Positions 29,171 through 39,607 of a DNA stretch of 64,000 nucleotides are shown in pieces. The DNA comes from a virus. The notes under the pieces are model-generated. The model worked only from the letters and a program-made list of their open reading frames with translations. It was not told the DNA's origin and did no database searches. The stretch covers positions 1-64,000 of IMG/VR virus record IMGVR_UViG_3300022555_000024; one strand, 5' to 3'. The translations under genes were made by a program, and so were the position numbers. Positions within the stretch are counted from its first letter, which is position 1. Every line of letters starts with the position of its first letter.

Positions 29171-29764
29171 ATGGCAGCAAAAAAGATTAATTATGTAGAC
29201 AATAAGAAACTATTTGCAGAGTTAGTGAAATATAAAGAAGCTCAGGCAAGATCATTAGCAGAAGATAAGAAAAGACCTCGAATCCCTGAATACGTCGGCG
29301 AATGTATTTTGTTGATTGCACAGAGATTGAGTTATAAATATCAATTTGCTAATTATATATTTAAGGAAGATATGCAAATGGACGGTGTAGAAAATTGTTT
29401 ACTTTATATAGACAATTTTGATCCAGAAAAGTCTCAGAATCCTTTTGCATATTTTACTCAAGTTATTTATTATGCATTTTTAAGAAGAATACAAGGCGAG
29501 AAAAAACATCTTTATTTGAAGTATAAACTACAACAGAATAATGATAATATGGACAATAATGTTACGTTTCAGTCTGGCGATACTTCTAGAGAAATGATTT
29601 ATACAGGACAATCCTTTTTGGACCTAGATAAAGTAGATTCTTTTATTACAGATTTTGAGAGTTACATGAGTAGAAAGAAAGAACCACCTAAGAACATATT
29701 ATTAGATGCAATAGAGCCTATTTTAGAAATAGAAAATGAACTAAAAGAACCTAATGACTTATAA
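29171..29764 (+). CDS. gp55: Late transcription sigma factor gp55
   Basis: YVDNKK, IPEYVGEC, NFDPEKSQNPFAYFTQVIYYAFLRRI. Confidence 0.95.
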   Translation: MAAKKINYVDNKKLFAELVKYKEAQARSLAEDKKRPRIPEYVGECILLIAQRLSYKYQFANYIFKEDMQMDGVENCLLYIDNFDPEKSQNPFAYFTQVIYYAFLRRIQGEKKHLYLKYKLQQNNDNMDNNVTFQSGDTSREMIYTGQSFLDLDKVDSFITDFESYMSRKKEPPKNILLDAIEPILEIENELKEPNDL

Positions 29765-30045
29765 TTACGATAAAAAATGAATTTCCTAAGTTAGATTTCG
29801 TAATAGAGAAAACTATTATTGAACCTAAAACAAGAAGATTTAGACCTGATTGGCATAAACATTCTTTTCTTAATGGTGATTTTATACTATTTAAGAAAAC
29901 TAAAAGGAATTTGATAAGCTTTTATCTTGAGAAATTTAAAAGAAAAGTATTTGGAGAACCTAATAGACGTTATGAGACAAGAAATAAATCTATAGTTTCA
30001 TTAACAAGAACTTTTACACCAAATAAATTGAAAATTGGAAAATAA
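29754..30045 (+). pseudogene. Small ORF with a major-capsid-like segment; frameshifted or with a non-ATG start
   Basis: Frame 29758-30045 encodes NEFPKLDFVIEKTIIEPKTRRFRPDW (compare gp23 WPQMGFTIEKATVDVQTRRLRADY). ATG 29754 joins it if one A is removed from the A6 run at 29772-29777. Confidence 0.55.
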
Positions 30046-30295
30046 CTTAATAGACAAATTTAGAAAAAGGCGTGAAGAAGAAGCTAGTCGTAGAAATAGC
30101 TATTATACTCTTCATGAAGTATCTATAGAAGGTATTAAAGATTTTAGAGAAAGATATAAAAGTTATGTTGGCTACAAAGGAAGATCTTCTTATGATGCTG
30201 GATTTTTCTATTGTCCTCACATTCCTTTAATTATATCATATAAATTGACTGAGGGAAAGAGAATAAAAGATTTAAACAAAAAAATAAAAGATTAG
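30035..30295 (+). CDS. Small protein containing a gp23 C-terminal motif
   Basis: VGYKGRSSYDAGFFYCPHIPL versus gp23 VGYKGTSPYDAGLFYCPYVPL. Confidence 0.7.
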   Translation: MENNLIDKFRKRREEEASRRNSYYTLHEVSIEGIKDFRERYKSYVGYKGRSSYDAGFFYCPHIPLIISYKLTEGKRIKDLNKKIKD

Positions 30296-30298
30296 ATA

Positions 30299-31375
30299 AT
30301 GGCATTTATTGCAATGATAACAGATCAACATTTTGGTGTGCGCGGTGATTCGCAAATATTTCTTGATTACCAAAGGAAGTTTTTTGAAGAAACCTTTTTC
30401 CCTTATTTAAAAGAACATAATATTGTTTCTGTTTTTGAACTGGGTGATACCTTTGACAGACGCAAGAATGTCAATTACAACACATTACATCATGTTAAGG
30501 AATTTTATTTTGATCATCTTCAAGCGTCAAATATACAATTACATTCTATAGTTGGAAATCACGATGCGTTTTTTGGCAATAGAATAGACATAAATTCCAT
30601 TCTCGCACTTCGCGAATATTCCAATATTAAGAGTTACGAAAACCCAGAAGATATAGAAATAGATGGGTGTAAATTTTTAATGATGCCTTGGATAAATTCG
30701 GAAAATTCTAAACCATGTGTTGATGCTATAAATAATACCGATGCTCATATAATGATTGGTCATTTTGAGTTATCTAACCAAATACTTCAGAGGAATTTTA
30801 AATTCTCAGGTGGAATAAATTTAGAAGATGTAAAAAAATTCGAAATTGTTCTTAGTGGACATTATCATCATAAAATCACAAAGAAAAATTTTAAATATCT
30901 AGGAACCCCATATCAAATGGCATGGGATGATACTGATAACGAAAAAGGTTTCCATGTCTTTAATACAGAAACTAGAGAAATAACTTTCATAAAGAATCCT
31001 CATGATATTTATATGAAGATTTTTTGGGAAGATAAAGGTGATTATGATATTACCGAAAAGTTAGATTTTGTTAATAATCATCAAGATGCTTTTAGAGATA
31101 AGTATATAAAGATTATAATAAAACAAGGAGCTAATCCATATATTTTAGATAGATATATTGATGCATTAGAGAATTGTGACCCGCATAGTGTTGTTACAGA
31201 AGATCCAATAATTCAATACAGTCAAGAAGAGTATATAGAACCTTTAGATAACATAGAAGACACTCTTACTATTCTTAGAAAACATATAAATTCAATTGAA
31301 AATTACTCTAATAAGAATAAGTTACTAAATTATATAGAAGATATCTATAACGAAGCACTACAAATAGAGGAGTAA
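30299..31375 (+). CDS. gp47: Recombination nuclease gp47 (Mre11/SbcD-like)
   Basis: TDQHFG, LGDTFDRR, GNHD, SGHYH. Confidence 0.95.
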   Translation: MAFIAMITDQHFGVRGDSQIFLDYQRKFFEETFFPYLKEHNIVSVFELGDTFDRRKNVNYNTLHHVKEFYFDHLQASNIQLHSIVGNHDAFFGNRIDINSILALREYSNIKSYENPEDIEIDGCKFLMMPWINSENSKPCVDAINNTDAHIMIGHFELSNQILQRNFKFSGGINLEDVKKFEIVLSGHYHHKITKKNFKYLGTPYQMAWDDTDNEKGFHVFNTETREITFIKNPHDIYMKIFWEDKGDYDITEKLDFVNNHQDAFRDKYIKIIIKQGANPYILDRYIDALENCDPHSVVTEDPIIQYSQEEYIEPLDNIEDTLTILRKHINSIENYSNKNKLLNYIEDIYNEALQIEE

Positions 31376-31380
31376 ATGAT

Positions 31381-33099
31381 TTGGTACTGTTTAAATATGT
31401 AAAATGGAAAAACTTTCTATCCACAGGAAATTATTTCAATGAAATAAATCTACAATCTCATGCTGTATCTGTAATTGTTGGTAAAAATGGAGCAGGCAAG
31501 TCAACTATGTTGGATGCTATTTGTTTCTGTTTATTCAATAAGGGATTTAGAAATGTTCCAAAAGGAAACTTTGTAAATTCTATTAATAATTCTGAACAAG
31601 AAACTGAAGTTGGTTTCTCCATTGGGAAAAAGGAATATATAGTAAGAAGAGGAACGAAACCTAGTTTTTTTGAGATTTATGTTAATGGTATCATTTTAGA
31701 TCAAGTTTCCAACGTAAGGGATCATCAATCCTATTTAGAGAAAACTGTTCTACATCTAAATTGGAAATCATTTACTCAGGTAGTAATGTTAGGTAGTGCA
31801 ATTCATCATCCATTTATGCAACTTCCAACTGGAAGTAGAAGAGAAATAATTGAAGATCTTCTTGATTTAAAAATATTCTCTATTATGAAGTCGTTGCTTA
31901 AAGATAAGTTTGATGTTTTGAAGCATGATATTGAGAACTTGAATACAGAAATATCTTCTTTAGAAAGTGAAATAGAATTAGAAAAAACATACAAGAAGAA
32001 GTCAACTCAAGATAATACAGAAAGGATAAAAAAAGATAAACTAGAGATTAAAAAGACTAAGGAAATTATATCAAAAGAATTAGAAGCAATAAAGATTCTA
32101 AAAGAAGATCTAGACTCTAGAGATGAAGTCTCTTTAAAAAAATCTCTATCTAATATACAGAAGAAAACACAAGAACTTAATAGACTAGAACAACAAATAG
32201 ATATTAAGATACAAAATCTTGAGACGGATATACATTTCTTTGGGGAAAATGATAAATGCCCAACTTGTAAACAGGAGATGAAGGAAAGCTGGAAAAAAGA
32301 TATTATAATAGAAAAAAAGAATAAGATAATAGAAACAAGAAAGGGTGTAGAACTTCTTACAGAGAAGACTACAGAACTTGATATAAACAAAGTAGATACT
32401 CTTACAAAGATTTCTGAAATTGATGATATAAGAAAAAGGATAAATGCTCATAAGAATACAATATTCTCCTATGAAAAATTTATAGAAAAATTGCAATCTG
32501 ATATAGATGATTTGATTTCTAATAAACACTCTATAAAAACAAAGGATATAAAAATACAGGAAAATACTCTCGCAAATAAGATATCAGATAAAGATAAATT
32601 ATTAGAATTACGCGATATTTATAATATTGCATCTGTTCTTCTGAAAGATAATGGAATTAAGGCTAATGTAATCAAACAATATATCCCCATTATAAATTCA
32701 TCGATAAATAAGTATCTTTCTTATATGGATTTCTTTGTCAAGTTTAATTTAGACGAAAATTTTGAGGAGACTATAAAATCGCGACACTTAGATAATTTTA
32801 AATATTATAATTTTTCAGAAGGGGAAAAACAGAGAATAAATCTATCGATTTTATTTGCTTGGAGAGATGTTTCAAAGAAAAAAAATTCTATGAGTACAAA
32901 TCTTCTCATTTTAGATGAAATTTTTGATAGTGCAATGGATATAGATGGCTCAGATGCCTTTATTAAAATTATAAAATCTTTAACAAATCAAAATGTGTTT
33001 ATAATCACACATAAACAAGAAATTGCAGATAAATTAGAATCTGATAAAAATAGAATTATAAAATTTGAAAAAATTAAAAACTTTTCACAAATAATATGA
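31381..33099 (+). CDS. gp46: Recombination ATPase gp46 (Rad50/SbcC-like)
   Basis: WKNFLSTGN, GKNGAGKS, CPTC hook, FSEGEKQR, LDEIFD. Confidence 0.96.
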   Translation: MVLFKYVKWKNFLSTGNYFNEINLQSHAVSVIVGKNGAGKSTMLDAICFCLFNKGFRNVPKGNFVNSINNSEQETEVGFSIGKKEYIVRRGTKPSFFEIYVNGIILDQVSNVRDHQSYLEKTVLHLNWKSFTQVVMLGSAIHHPFMQLPTGSRREIIEDLLDLKIFSIMKSLLKDKFDVLKHDIENLNTEISSLESEIELEKTYKKKSTQDNTERIKKDKLEIKKTKEIISKELEAIKILKEDLDSRDEVSLKKSLSNIQKKTQELNRLEQQIDIKIQNLETDIHFFGENDKCPTCKQEMKESWKKDIIIEKKNKIIETRKGVELLTEKTTELDINKVDTLTKISEIDDIRKRINAHKNTIFSYEKFIEKLQSDIDDLISNKHSIKTKDIKIQENTLANKISDKDKLLELRDIYNIASVLLKDNGIKANVIKQYIPIINSSINKYLSYMDFFVKFNLDENFEETIKSRHLDNFKYYNFSEGEKQRINLSILFAWRDVSKKKNSMSTNLLILDEIFDSAMDIDGSDAFIKIIKSLTNQNVFIITHKQEIADKLESDKNRIIKFEKIKNFSQII

Positions 33100-33311
33100 A
33101 AACATTTAGATCTAGAGTACCAGGATATGTTGATGCAGATCCAATTTTTATAAAATACGATACTATAGATGAACTGTTAACACATAATTTCTTCGATAAC
33201 AGAAGAATACATGGAGGAATTTTCTATGTAAATTCAATAGGAGATTTGCTTATGTGTAGATATGAAAATGGAGAAAGATTTGTAGTTGGATATCTAAATT
33301 CTAAAGTATAG
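33096..33311 (+). CDS. Hypothetical protein
   Basis: ATGA overlap with gp46. Confidence 0.55.
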   Translation: MKTFRSRVPGYVDADPIFIKYDTIDELLTHNFFDNRRIHGGIFYVNSIGDLLMCRYENGERFVVGYLNSKV

Positions 33312-33314
33312 CAT

Positions 33315-33644
33315 ATGAAAATTGTAAATAGAAAAACATTCCTTGAATTACCTAATAATATATTATTTTGCGAATTTGATCCAAATATTTTTGGAGATTT
33401 TTGTATAAAAACAAGAACATTAGAAAATGATTTTTGTTACATTTCACTAATGGACTTTAATGATGACGGTTCTAGTAAATATGGCTGTTATGATATTTTC
33501 GATGCTTCTTTGGAAAAAGGTGTTATAGTACCTTTAGATTTGGATATAGAAAATAGAGATGGATGCTTTGATGACAATCAATTGTTTGCTGTGTTTGATG
33601 CAAATGATATAAATTCATTAATTAATAAATTAAAAACTTTATAA
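33315..33644 (+). CDS. Hypothetical phage protein
   Basis: Tightly packed ORF. Confidence 0.6.
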   Translation: MKIVNRKTFLELPNNILFCEFDPNIFGDFCIKTRTLENDFCYISLMDFNDDGSSKYGCYDIFDASLEKGVIVPLDLDIENRDGCFDDNQLFAVFDANDINSLINKLKTL

Positions 33645-33645
33645 A

Positions 33646-33857
33646 ATGAGTACTAAACAAATAGTAACAGATGCATATCATAAGGTAATAACAAATGCCG
33701 ATGGATCTGTCGAGATAAAATTGATAATTTTGAAAAAAATTCTGTAGGATCTTGGTATACAGAATATGAATTACCTTTTTTAAAAATAAGTGCAGACTCA
33801 TTAGAAAGACTATCCAAACAAGGCCCAGAAGAACATAAAATAATAGAAATACTATGA
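33646..33857 (+). pseudogene. Small hypothetical gene with an apparent 1-nt deletion near 33720
   Basis: ATG 33646 frame stops early; adding one base to the A/T run gives an ORF ending in an ATGA overlap with thyX. Confidence 0.45.
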
Positions 33858-34456
33858 AACTTGTAGAACCATCATTTGAAATATTAAATATTTCTGGAGA
33901 TTTAAAAACTATAGAACAAGCAGCAAGAACCTGTTACAAGTCAGAAGATAAAATTACAGAAGGATCTTCAGAAAAGCTTGTTCAAAATTTAATAAGTAGA
34001 GGACATGGAGCAATGTTAGAATTTGTTTCAGTTTCTGTTAGAATAATTACAGATCGTGGAGTTTCGCATGAATTAGTAAGACATAGAATTGCATCGTTTG
34101 CGCAGGAAAGTACGCGTTACGTTAATTATAAAGGAGGCGTCGAATTTATAGAACCATTATCTATTATTGAAGGTCCTAAAGATTGCCAACAAACATTTAG
34201 AAAGACATGTAGTGATATAGAGAAAGCTTACGTATACTTTATAGCAAACGGACTAAAACCACAAGATGCTAGATCAATACTCCCATGCTGTACAAAAACT
34301 GAAATAGTTATTATGATGAATGTTCGGGAATGGAGACATTTCTTTAGTTTACGTTGTTCTAAGGCTGCACATCCAGAAATGCGGCGCATAACCATTCCTA
34401 TGCTAGCAGAATTTCAAAAAAGAATCCCAATAGTTTTTGAAAATCTTTCACTTTGA
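33854..34456 (+). CDS. thyX: Flavin-dependent thymidylate synthase
   Basis: RGVSHELVRHRIASFAQESTRY, ARSILP, LRCSKAAHPEMR. Confidence 0.96.
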   Translation: MKLVEPSFEILNISGDLKTIEQAARTCYKSEDKITEGSSEKLVQNLISRGHGAMLEFVSVSVRIITDRGVSHELVRHRIASFAQESTRYVNYKGGVEFIEPLSIIEGPKDCQQTFRKTCSDIEKAYVYFIANGLKPQDARSILPCCTKTEIVIMMNVREWRHFFSLRCSKAAHPEMRRITIPMLAEFQKRIPIVFENLSL

Positions 34457-34507
34457 TTAAATTTTATTTTATATTATCTTAGTATAATTATAAAATAATT
34501 TTCTATT

Positions 34508-35548
34508 ATGTTATTAAGTAGAGAAAAATTTAGAGAAGAAGTTTTTAGTAGAGATAACAACCAGTGTGTTGTCTGTGGAAGGAAAATCTCTGATGGTATA
34601 TCACTCGATGCTCATCATATCATAGAAAGAAGACTATGGAATGATGGGGGTTACTACGTCGATAATGGCGCAACTTTGTGTGATGATGGTAAAAACGGTT
34701 GTCACTACAAAGCAGAAACAACTGAGTTGAGTGTTGAAGATATCAGAATTGCAGCGAAAATAGAATCGATATGTCTTCCTGATGATATGTATTCAGACCA
34801 TATTTACGATAAATGGGGAAATATAATACTGGGAAATGGTAATCGAACTAAAGGACCATTATTTAACGATGAATCTGTGCAAAGGGTTATTGAGTCAAGA
34901 TTATACCTATTCACCGATTATGTAAAATATCCAAGAACATACCATTTACCTTGGTCACCAGGAATAACAGATGATGATAGGGTTATGGCAGATACATCTG
35001 TGTTTGAAGGTAAAAGGGTTATCGTTACCAGGAAAATGGACGGAGAAAACTTTTCTGGGTATACAGATTATTGCCACGCCAGGTCGGTCGATGGTCGTTC
35101 ACATTATACAAGAGACTGGGCAAAAAATTTCTGGATGCAGAGGTCATACCAACTACCTAAGGGATGGAGAGTTTGTGCTGAGAATATGTACGCCGAACAT
35201 TCTTTGTCTTATAATGACTTGGAAGGATATCTTCTTGGTTTTTCTATATGGAACGACAAGAACGAATGTCTTTCATGGGATGATACTGTAGAGTGGTTCC
35301 AACTTCTGGCGTTTCCTATGGTTCCAATACTTTATGATGGTATTTGGGATGAAGATATTATAAGGCAACTGTATAATGAAAAAACAGACAGAGATGTACA
35401 TGAAGGTTATGTTGTAAGAACTGCGTCAAAATTCTCTTATATCGAGTTTAGGAAGAGTATAGCAAAATATGTTAGACCGAACCATGTAGCAACACAGAAG
35501 CATTGGTTCTACGGTTCGTCTAATCACAAAATCAATAAATTATGTTGA
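34508..35548 (+). CDS. HNH-domain / RNA ligase fusion
   Basis: N-terminal CVVC...DAHHI...NGATLC...CH; C-terminal KYPRTYHLPWS, KMDGEN, EGYVVR, AKYVR. Confidence 0.85.
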   Translation: MLLSREKFREEVFSRDNNQCVVCGRKISDGISLDAHHIIERRLWNDGGYYVDNGATLCDDGKNGCHYKAETTELSVEDIRIAAKIESICLPDDMYSDHIYDKWGNIILGNGNRTKGPLFNDESVQRVIESRLYLFTDYVKYPRTYHLPWSPGITDDDRVMADTSVFEGKRVIVTRKMDGENFSGYTDYCHARSVDGRSHYTRDWAKNFWMQRSYQLPKGWRVCAENMYAEHSLSYNDLEGYLLGFSIWNDKNECLSWDDTVEWFQLLAFPMVPILYDGIWDEDIIRQLYNEKTDRDVHEGYVVRTASKFSYIEFRKSIAKYVRPNHVATQKHWFYGSSNHKINKLC

Positions 35549-35558
35549 ATTAAATATT

Positions 35559-36374
35559 ATGAAATTTAAAACTTTAGGTGATTGGTGTAAATGGTTGGAA
35601 CGTAATTTTTCAACAGAAGTGATGATTCCAACTCTTCCCGTTATAATCAGATTAGATGGTAATAATTTTCATTCTTGGACAAAGGGACTTAATAGACCAT
35701 TCGATGAAAATTTGAACAACTTAATGATTGATACTACTAAGTTTTTAGTAGAAGAAACTAATGCTGTTATTGGTTATACACAAAGCGATGAGATTACTCT
35801 TATTCTTTACAGTGATGATAAAAAGTCATCATTATATAACGACGGAAAAAAACAAAAAATTCTTTCTAAGCTAACTGCTAAATGTGTAAATCATTTCAAT
35901 TCTGTTAGGGAATCATATTTACCAGAACATAATAAAATAGCTACATTTGATTGTCGAATATACCAGACTCCGACTTTACATGATGCGTGTGTTCAATTAC
36001 TATGGATAGAAAACGATGCTACAAAAAATAGCATTTCCAGCGTTGCACAAAGTTTATTTTCACATAAAGAGTTGCAGGGTCTTAGTGGTTCTGAAATGCA
36101 GGATAAGATGATGTTAGAAAAATCTGTAAATTGGAATGATTTACCTACAAAAAATAAAAGAGGTTCATATGTAAAACGCGTCAAAGTTTTTAATGAATTC
36201 ACAGAAGATGAATTAAAAGATCTACCAGTAAAACATAGAGCACATAAAGATCCTCAGATGTCATTTGAACGTCATATAATCAAATCTATAGAATATCCTA
36301 TTTTTCATAAAATCACGAATAAAGTTGATGTTATTTTTAATAATGCAGAACCGATAGTAACAATTTGTAAATAA
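35559..36374 (+). CDS. tRNA(His) guanylyltransferase Thg1-like 3'-5' polymerase
   Basis: IIRLDGNNFH, YTQSDEI, FDCR, DATKNSI. Confidence 0.9.
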   Translation: MKFKTLGDWCKWLERNFSTEVMIPTLPVIIRLDGNNFHSWTKGLNRPFDENLNNLMIDTTKFLVEETNAVIGYTQSDEITLILYSDDKKSSLYNDGKKQKILSKLTAKCVNHFNSVRESYLPEHNKIATFDCRIYQTPTLHDACVQLLWIENDATKNSISSVAQSLFSHKELQGLSGSEMQDKMMLEKSVNWNDLPTKNKRGSYVKRVKVFNEFTEDELKDLPVKHRAHKDPQMSFERHIIKSIEYPIFHKITNKVDVIFNNAEPIVTICK

Positions 36375-36817
36375 AATTTCTTTTTTGTTGCATTTTGTTG
36401 TATATTATACTATAAGAAAAATAACTAAATATTATATATCATGATGATAGCAACCGTTATTCATAAAGCATTCGAAAAAGAAGAAAAAATTGTAGCAATG
36501 ATTGCTGTTGATGCTGAAGTAGTAACTGATGCGCTGGAATATGTTTATGAAAAGACTCAGAATCTTTATGACGCGTGGACAGAAAATGAAGACATTGCAG
36601 TTTTTAATTTAAAAGATTCACATCGTAGCACTTCTGTTGGAGATATTATAGTATTGGATGGTACTTCTTTTGAAGTGGAAGCAATGGGTTTTTCAATTAT
36701 AATGTAATATTCAAACAGAATTTGCTACAGTAGAAACTTTCAGAAAATAAAATTTCTTTTTTGTTGCATTTTGTTGTATATTATATTATAAGAAAAATAA
36801 CTAAATATTATATTATG
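36369..36817 (+). repeat. ~70-bp direct repeat (36369-36443 and 36745-36817): duplicated promoter and leader
   Basis: AAATAAAATTTCTTTTTTGTTGCATTTTGTTGTATATTATA(C/T)TATAAGAAAAATAACTAAATATTATAT precedes the ATG of two consecutive genes. Confidence 0.9.
36441..36707 (+). CDS. Hypothetical protein (RSTSVGD motif, YodL-like)
   Basis: HRSTSVGDIIVLDG...VEAMGF. Confidence 0.65.
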   Translation: MMIATVIHKAFEKEEKIVAMIAVDAEVVTDALEYVYEKTQNLYDAWTENEDIAVFNLKDSHRSTSVGDIIVLDGTSFEVEAMGFSIIM

Positions 36818-37249
36818 AAAGATGCACTTGTAACATTTGATACAGAAATTCTTGCTAAAAATGCAGGATTTGATGTTCCTACTGCACCTGTTTATTATCT
36901 TCCTGATACAGAAAAGTTAGAAGGAACAGAACTAGGTGTAATTCCACAGAATCATAATTTTTATAAGCCTCGGGTTTCTGTTCCTACTCAAAATTTACTT
37001 CAAAAATGGTTAAGGGAAAATCATGATATTCACCTTGTAATTTCAAGACAATACGAATGGCACCTTGAACCATCACCAATATTTGAAGGGTGGAATGTTC
37101 ATATTGACGTGCCAATTGGTCATAACGAACTCTCCAATACCGTTAATAAATATTATTTTTATGCTATTTTTGATACTTACGAAGATGCTATAGAAGCTGG
37201 GTTGCTGCAAGCATTAAGATATATTGTGAATTGTTGGATCATAAAATAA
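36815..37249 (+). CDS. Conserved hypothetical phage protein
   Basis: Start MKDALVTFDTEILAKNAGF; PTQNLLQKWLRENH and YEDAIEAGL, a pattern I associate with Bacteroidota phages. Confidence 0.65.
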   Translation: MKDALVTFDTEILAKNAGFDVPTAPVYYLPDTEKLEGTELGVIPQNHNFYKPRVSVPTQNLLQKWLRENHDIHLVISRQYEWHLEPSPIFEGWNVHIDVPIGHNELSNTVNKYYFYAIFDTYEDAIEAGLLQALRYIVNCWIIK

Positions 37250-37265
37250 AATTCAAATAATACAA

Positions 37266-37505
37266 ATGAAAAAAGGATATTTAAAAAGAGTTGCTAAGAA
37301 ATTCTTTTCTACTATAGGTATACTAATTTTACTAATTCTATGTTTAGTATTATTTTTTGGAAGTTTGTCATATTTAACAATTATACTAGCAACTTTGATT
37401 GGTAAGGAATTAGCATTAATTTCTGTCATAATATTGTTCATTTGCATTTTACTTTTAATTGCATGTATTAAAGAAGTTAATTTTGAAGATAAGGAAAAAC
37501 AATAA
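37266..37505 (+). CDS. Small membrane protein (two TM helices)
   Basis: Two long hydrophobic stretches. Confidence 0.6.
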   Translation: MKKGYLKRVAKKFFSTIGILILLILCLVLFFGSLSYLTIILATLIGKELALISVIILFICILLLIACIKEVNFEDKEKQ

Positions 37506-37684
37506 TGGATATAAAGGTAAATTTTAAAGAAGAAGATTCTTTAATGTCATTTACATGCATAGTAGATGTTCCAGACGCATTCGAACATTTAGATAGCAAA
37601 GAAAAAGAAGAACATCTTATTAATATATTGTTTGAAAACTTTCATCAGAAATATACTATAACAGCATTTGAAGAAGAAGTATGA
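37505..37684 (+). CDS. Hypothetical protein (59 aa)
   Basis: ATG overlaps the previous stop; TGA overlaps the next ATG. Confidence 0.5.
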   Translation: MDIKVNFKEEDSLMSFTCIVDVPDAFEHLDSKEKEEHLINILFENFHQKYTITAFEEEV

Positions 37685-38187
37685 GGGTTATTAATTTTTT
37701 CGGCGGCCCTGGCTCTGGTAAATCAACAGCTGCTGCAGGGCTTTTCTATTTAATGAAAAAGAAAAAGTTTAACGTAGAACTCGTTACAGAATTTGCTAAG
37801 GATTTAGTATACGAGGGATCTAATCATGCACTTTCTCAACAGAATTATGTATTCGCAAATCAAGAATACCGCATAGCAAGACTCATCGATAAAGTGGATA
37901 TTGCGATAACAGATTCACCACTTATTTTATCTACATTTTATGCAAAAGACAGTTATCCTAAAAGTTTTACACAACTTTGCATTGATTTGTTTAATGGATA
38001 TGATAACGTGAATTATTTTATAAAAAGAAATTTTGAATATTCACCTCTAGGTAGAAATCAAACGATAGAAGAAGCGATATTAATTGATAAAAAAATTATT
38101 TCTTTTCTTATTACAGAAGGATTTCATTTTGAAATAATAACTGCAGGTGATGATATTCCAGAATTAATTTATAACAAACTTTACTGA
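37681..38187 (+). CDS. P-loop ATPase/kinase (NadR/AAA_28-like)
   Basis: GGPGSGKS, ELVTEFAKD, ITDSPL, GRNQT. Confidence 0.8.
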   Translation: MRVINFFGGPGSGKSTAAAGLFYLMKKKKFNVELVTEFAKDLVYEGSNHALSQQNYVFANQEYRIARLIDKVDIAITDSPLILSTFYAKDSYPKSFTQLCIDLFNGYDNVNYFIKRNFEYSPLGRNQTIEEAILIDKKIISFLITEGFHFEIITAGDDIPELIYNKLY

Positions 38188-38191
38188 TACT

Positions 38192-38410
38192 ATGAAAAAA
38201 TTATTACTCTCCTTGATGTTAGTATCTTCAATTTGGTATAACCTTGACGATAATACATCTTATATGCAGGTGCCTGGTGGATGGATTTATAGATATATTT
38301 CTGTTACTAATATAAGTACCGGTCCAGTATCTATGGTATTTGTTCCATATGCAAAAACTCCAGATCACACCGAATATTACATTAAAACTACGCCAACTAA
38401 GCCACGATAA
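38192..38410 (+). CDS. Hypothetical protein
   Basis: Signal-peptide-like start; VPGGWIY...VFVP. Confidence 0.55.
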   Translation: MKKLLLSLMLVSSIWYNLDDNTSYMQVPGGWIYRYISVTNISTGPVSMVFVPYAKTPDHTEYYIKTTPTKPR

Positions 38411-38971
38411 TGAGTGAACAGCAATATATAGATTTTGACGACAAGATTGAAACAATCATATCTGATATTTTATCAGAGGCATTTGGAGAGTCAAAGAGAT
38501 ACCGTACAACCGAAGGTATGATAAGGTGGGGGATACGTACAAGAAGATATTAAAAATAAAATAAGTGATTTACATAAATCAGAAATTCTTGATGTTAGAA
38601 GAATGATTGGAGATCAACTTCTATTATCAAATATTGAAAATCGGGTAAAGTCTAATAGAATTAAAGATTTAGAAAAACTATTTAAATTTAATCAAAGAAT
38701 TGCATTTATTACAGATGAACAATTGTTAGTATTGAATGAGAGGTATGGTTACTTTGAACATGGAGATGCACAAGGAGATATTAGTAGAGCTTTTGCTGAT
38801 GATGTTTCACAATTCGGTTATTCAAATACGATTGCACAAACTGAATTGGATTTTGAACAAGCTAAAACAAATGCGGAAATAAATGCAATTCTTTTGAATG
38901 ATGCTTATAAAAGAATTGAAATACTAAAAGCATTTACCGATGAACAGATGAGCGATGAACTAAATTCGTAA
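38410..38971 (+). CDS. Hypothetical protein; probably one gene with an extra G at 38528-38532
   Basis: ATG 38410 frame joins ORF 38603-38971 if G5 becomes G4. Confidence 0.45.
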
Positions 38972-38995
38972 AAACATTTATTTTTTTTAAACAAC

Positions 38996-39274
38996 ATGAT
39001 TTTCCAAAAACTAAGTGTTCCTGATTTGTCTAGAAACATCTTTGTAGAAGAATTAAAGAGGATTAAAGGGATATTTAAGGGTTCAGATGATGCAGATGTA
39101 ATTGAACATGTTGTTAGTCAATTATATAAAGTGCATCAAGATGTAATATGCGAGAAGGATAAGATTATAGAAGAATTAACTGAAAGTTTAAGAGCGCCTG
39201 TTGTGTTTCATTATTGTACAGAAGGAAAAATAAGATCGTATCCTTCTCAATTTTGTTCATTATGCACAAAATGA
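38996..39274 (+). CDS. Hypothetical protein
   Basis: ORF track; C-terminal CxxC. Confidence 0.5.
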   Translation: MIFQKLSVPDLSRNIFVEELKRIKGIFKGSDDADVIEHVVSQLYKVHQDVICEKDKIIEELTESLRAPVVFHYCTEGKIRSYPSQFCSLCTK

Positions 39275-39334
39275 AATGATTTTAATCCTATAGATAAGAT
39301 TAAAGAACTTCAAAATAAAATAAAAGTGTAAATT

Positions 39335-39607
39335 ATGATAGTCTATAAAATATACAATGAGAATAGTGCACTCTGGATGAAAGAGGGAGGAGATTGGGTC
39401 GAAAAAGAAGAACTAGGAAAGGTATGGAAAAAGAAAAATCATGCAACTAGTGCATTAACAAATGCTTTTCCTAAACCAGATTTATATCTTAAAAAGGCAA
39501 ATCCTGGTCAATATGCATTACAAGCAGCACAAAGAGTAGCAAAAAATAAAGGAATAAAAATTGTAACTTATAAATTGAGTGAAGTTGGGAGAATTGATTA
39601 TGTCTGA
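39335..39607 (+). CDS. Hypothetical protein
   Basis: ORF track; GKVW motif. Confidence 0.55.
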   Translation: MIVYKIYNENSALWMKEGGDWVEKEELGKVWKKKNHATSALTNAFPKPDLYLKKANPGQYALQAAQRVAKNKGIKIVTYKLSEVGRIDYV

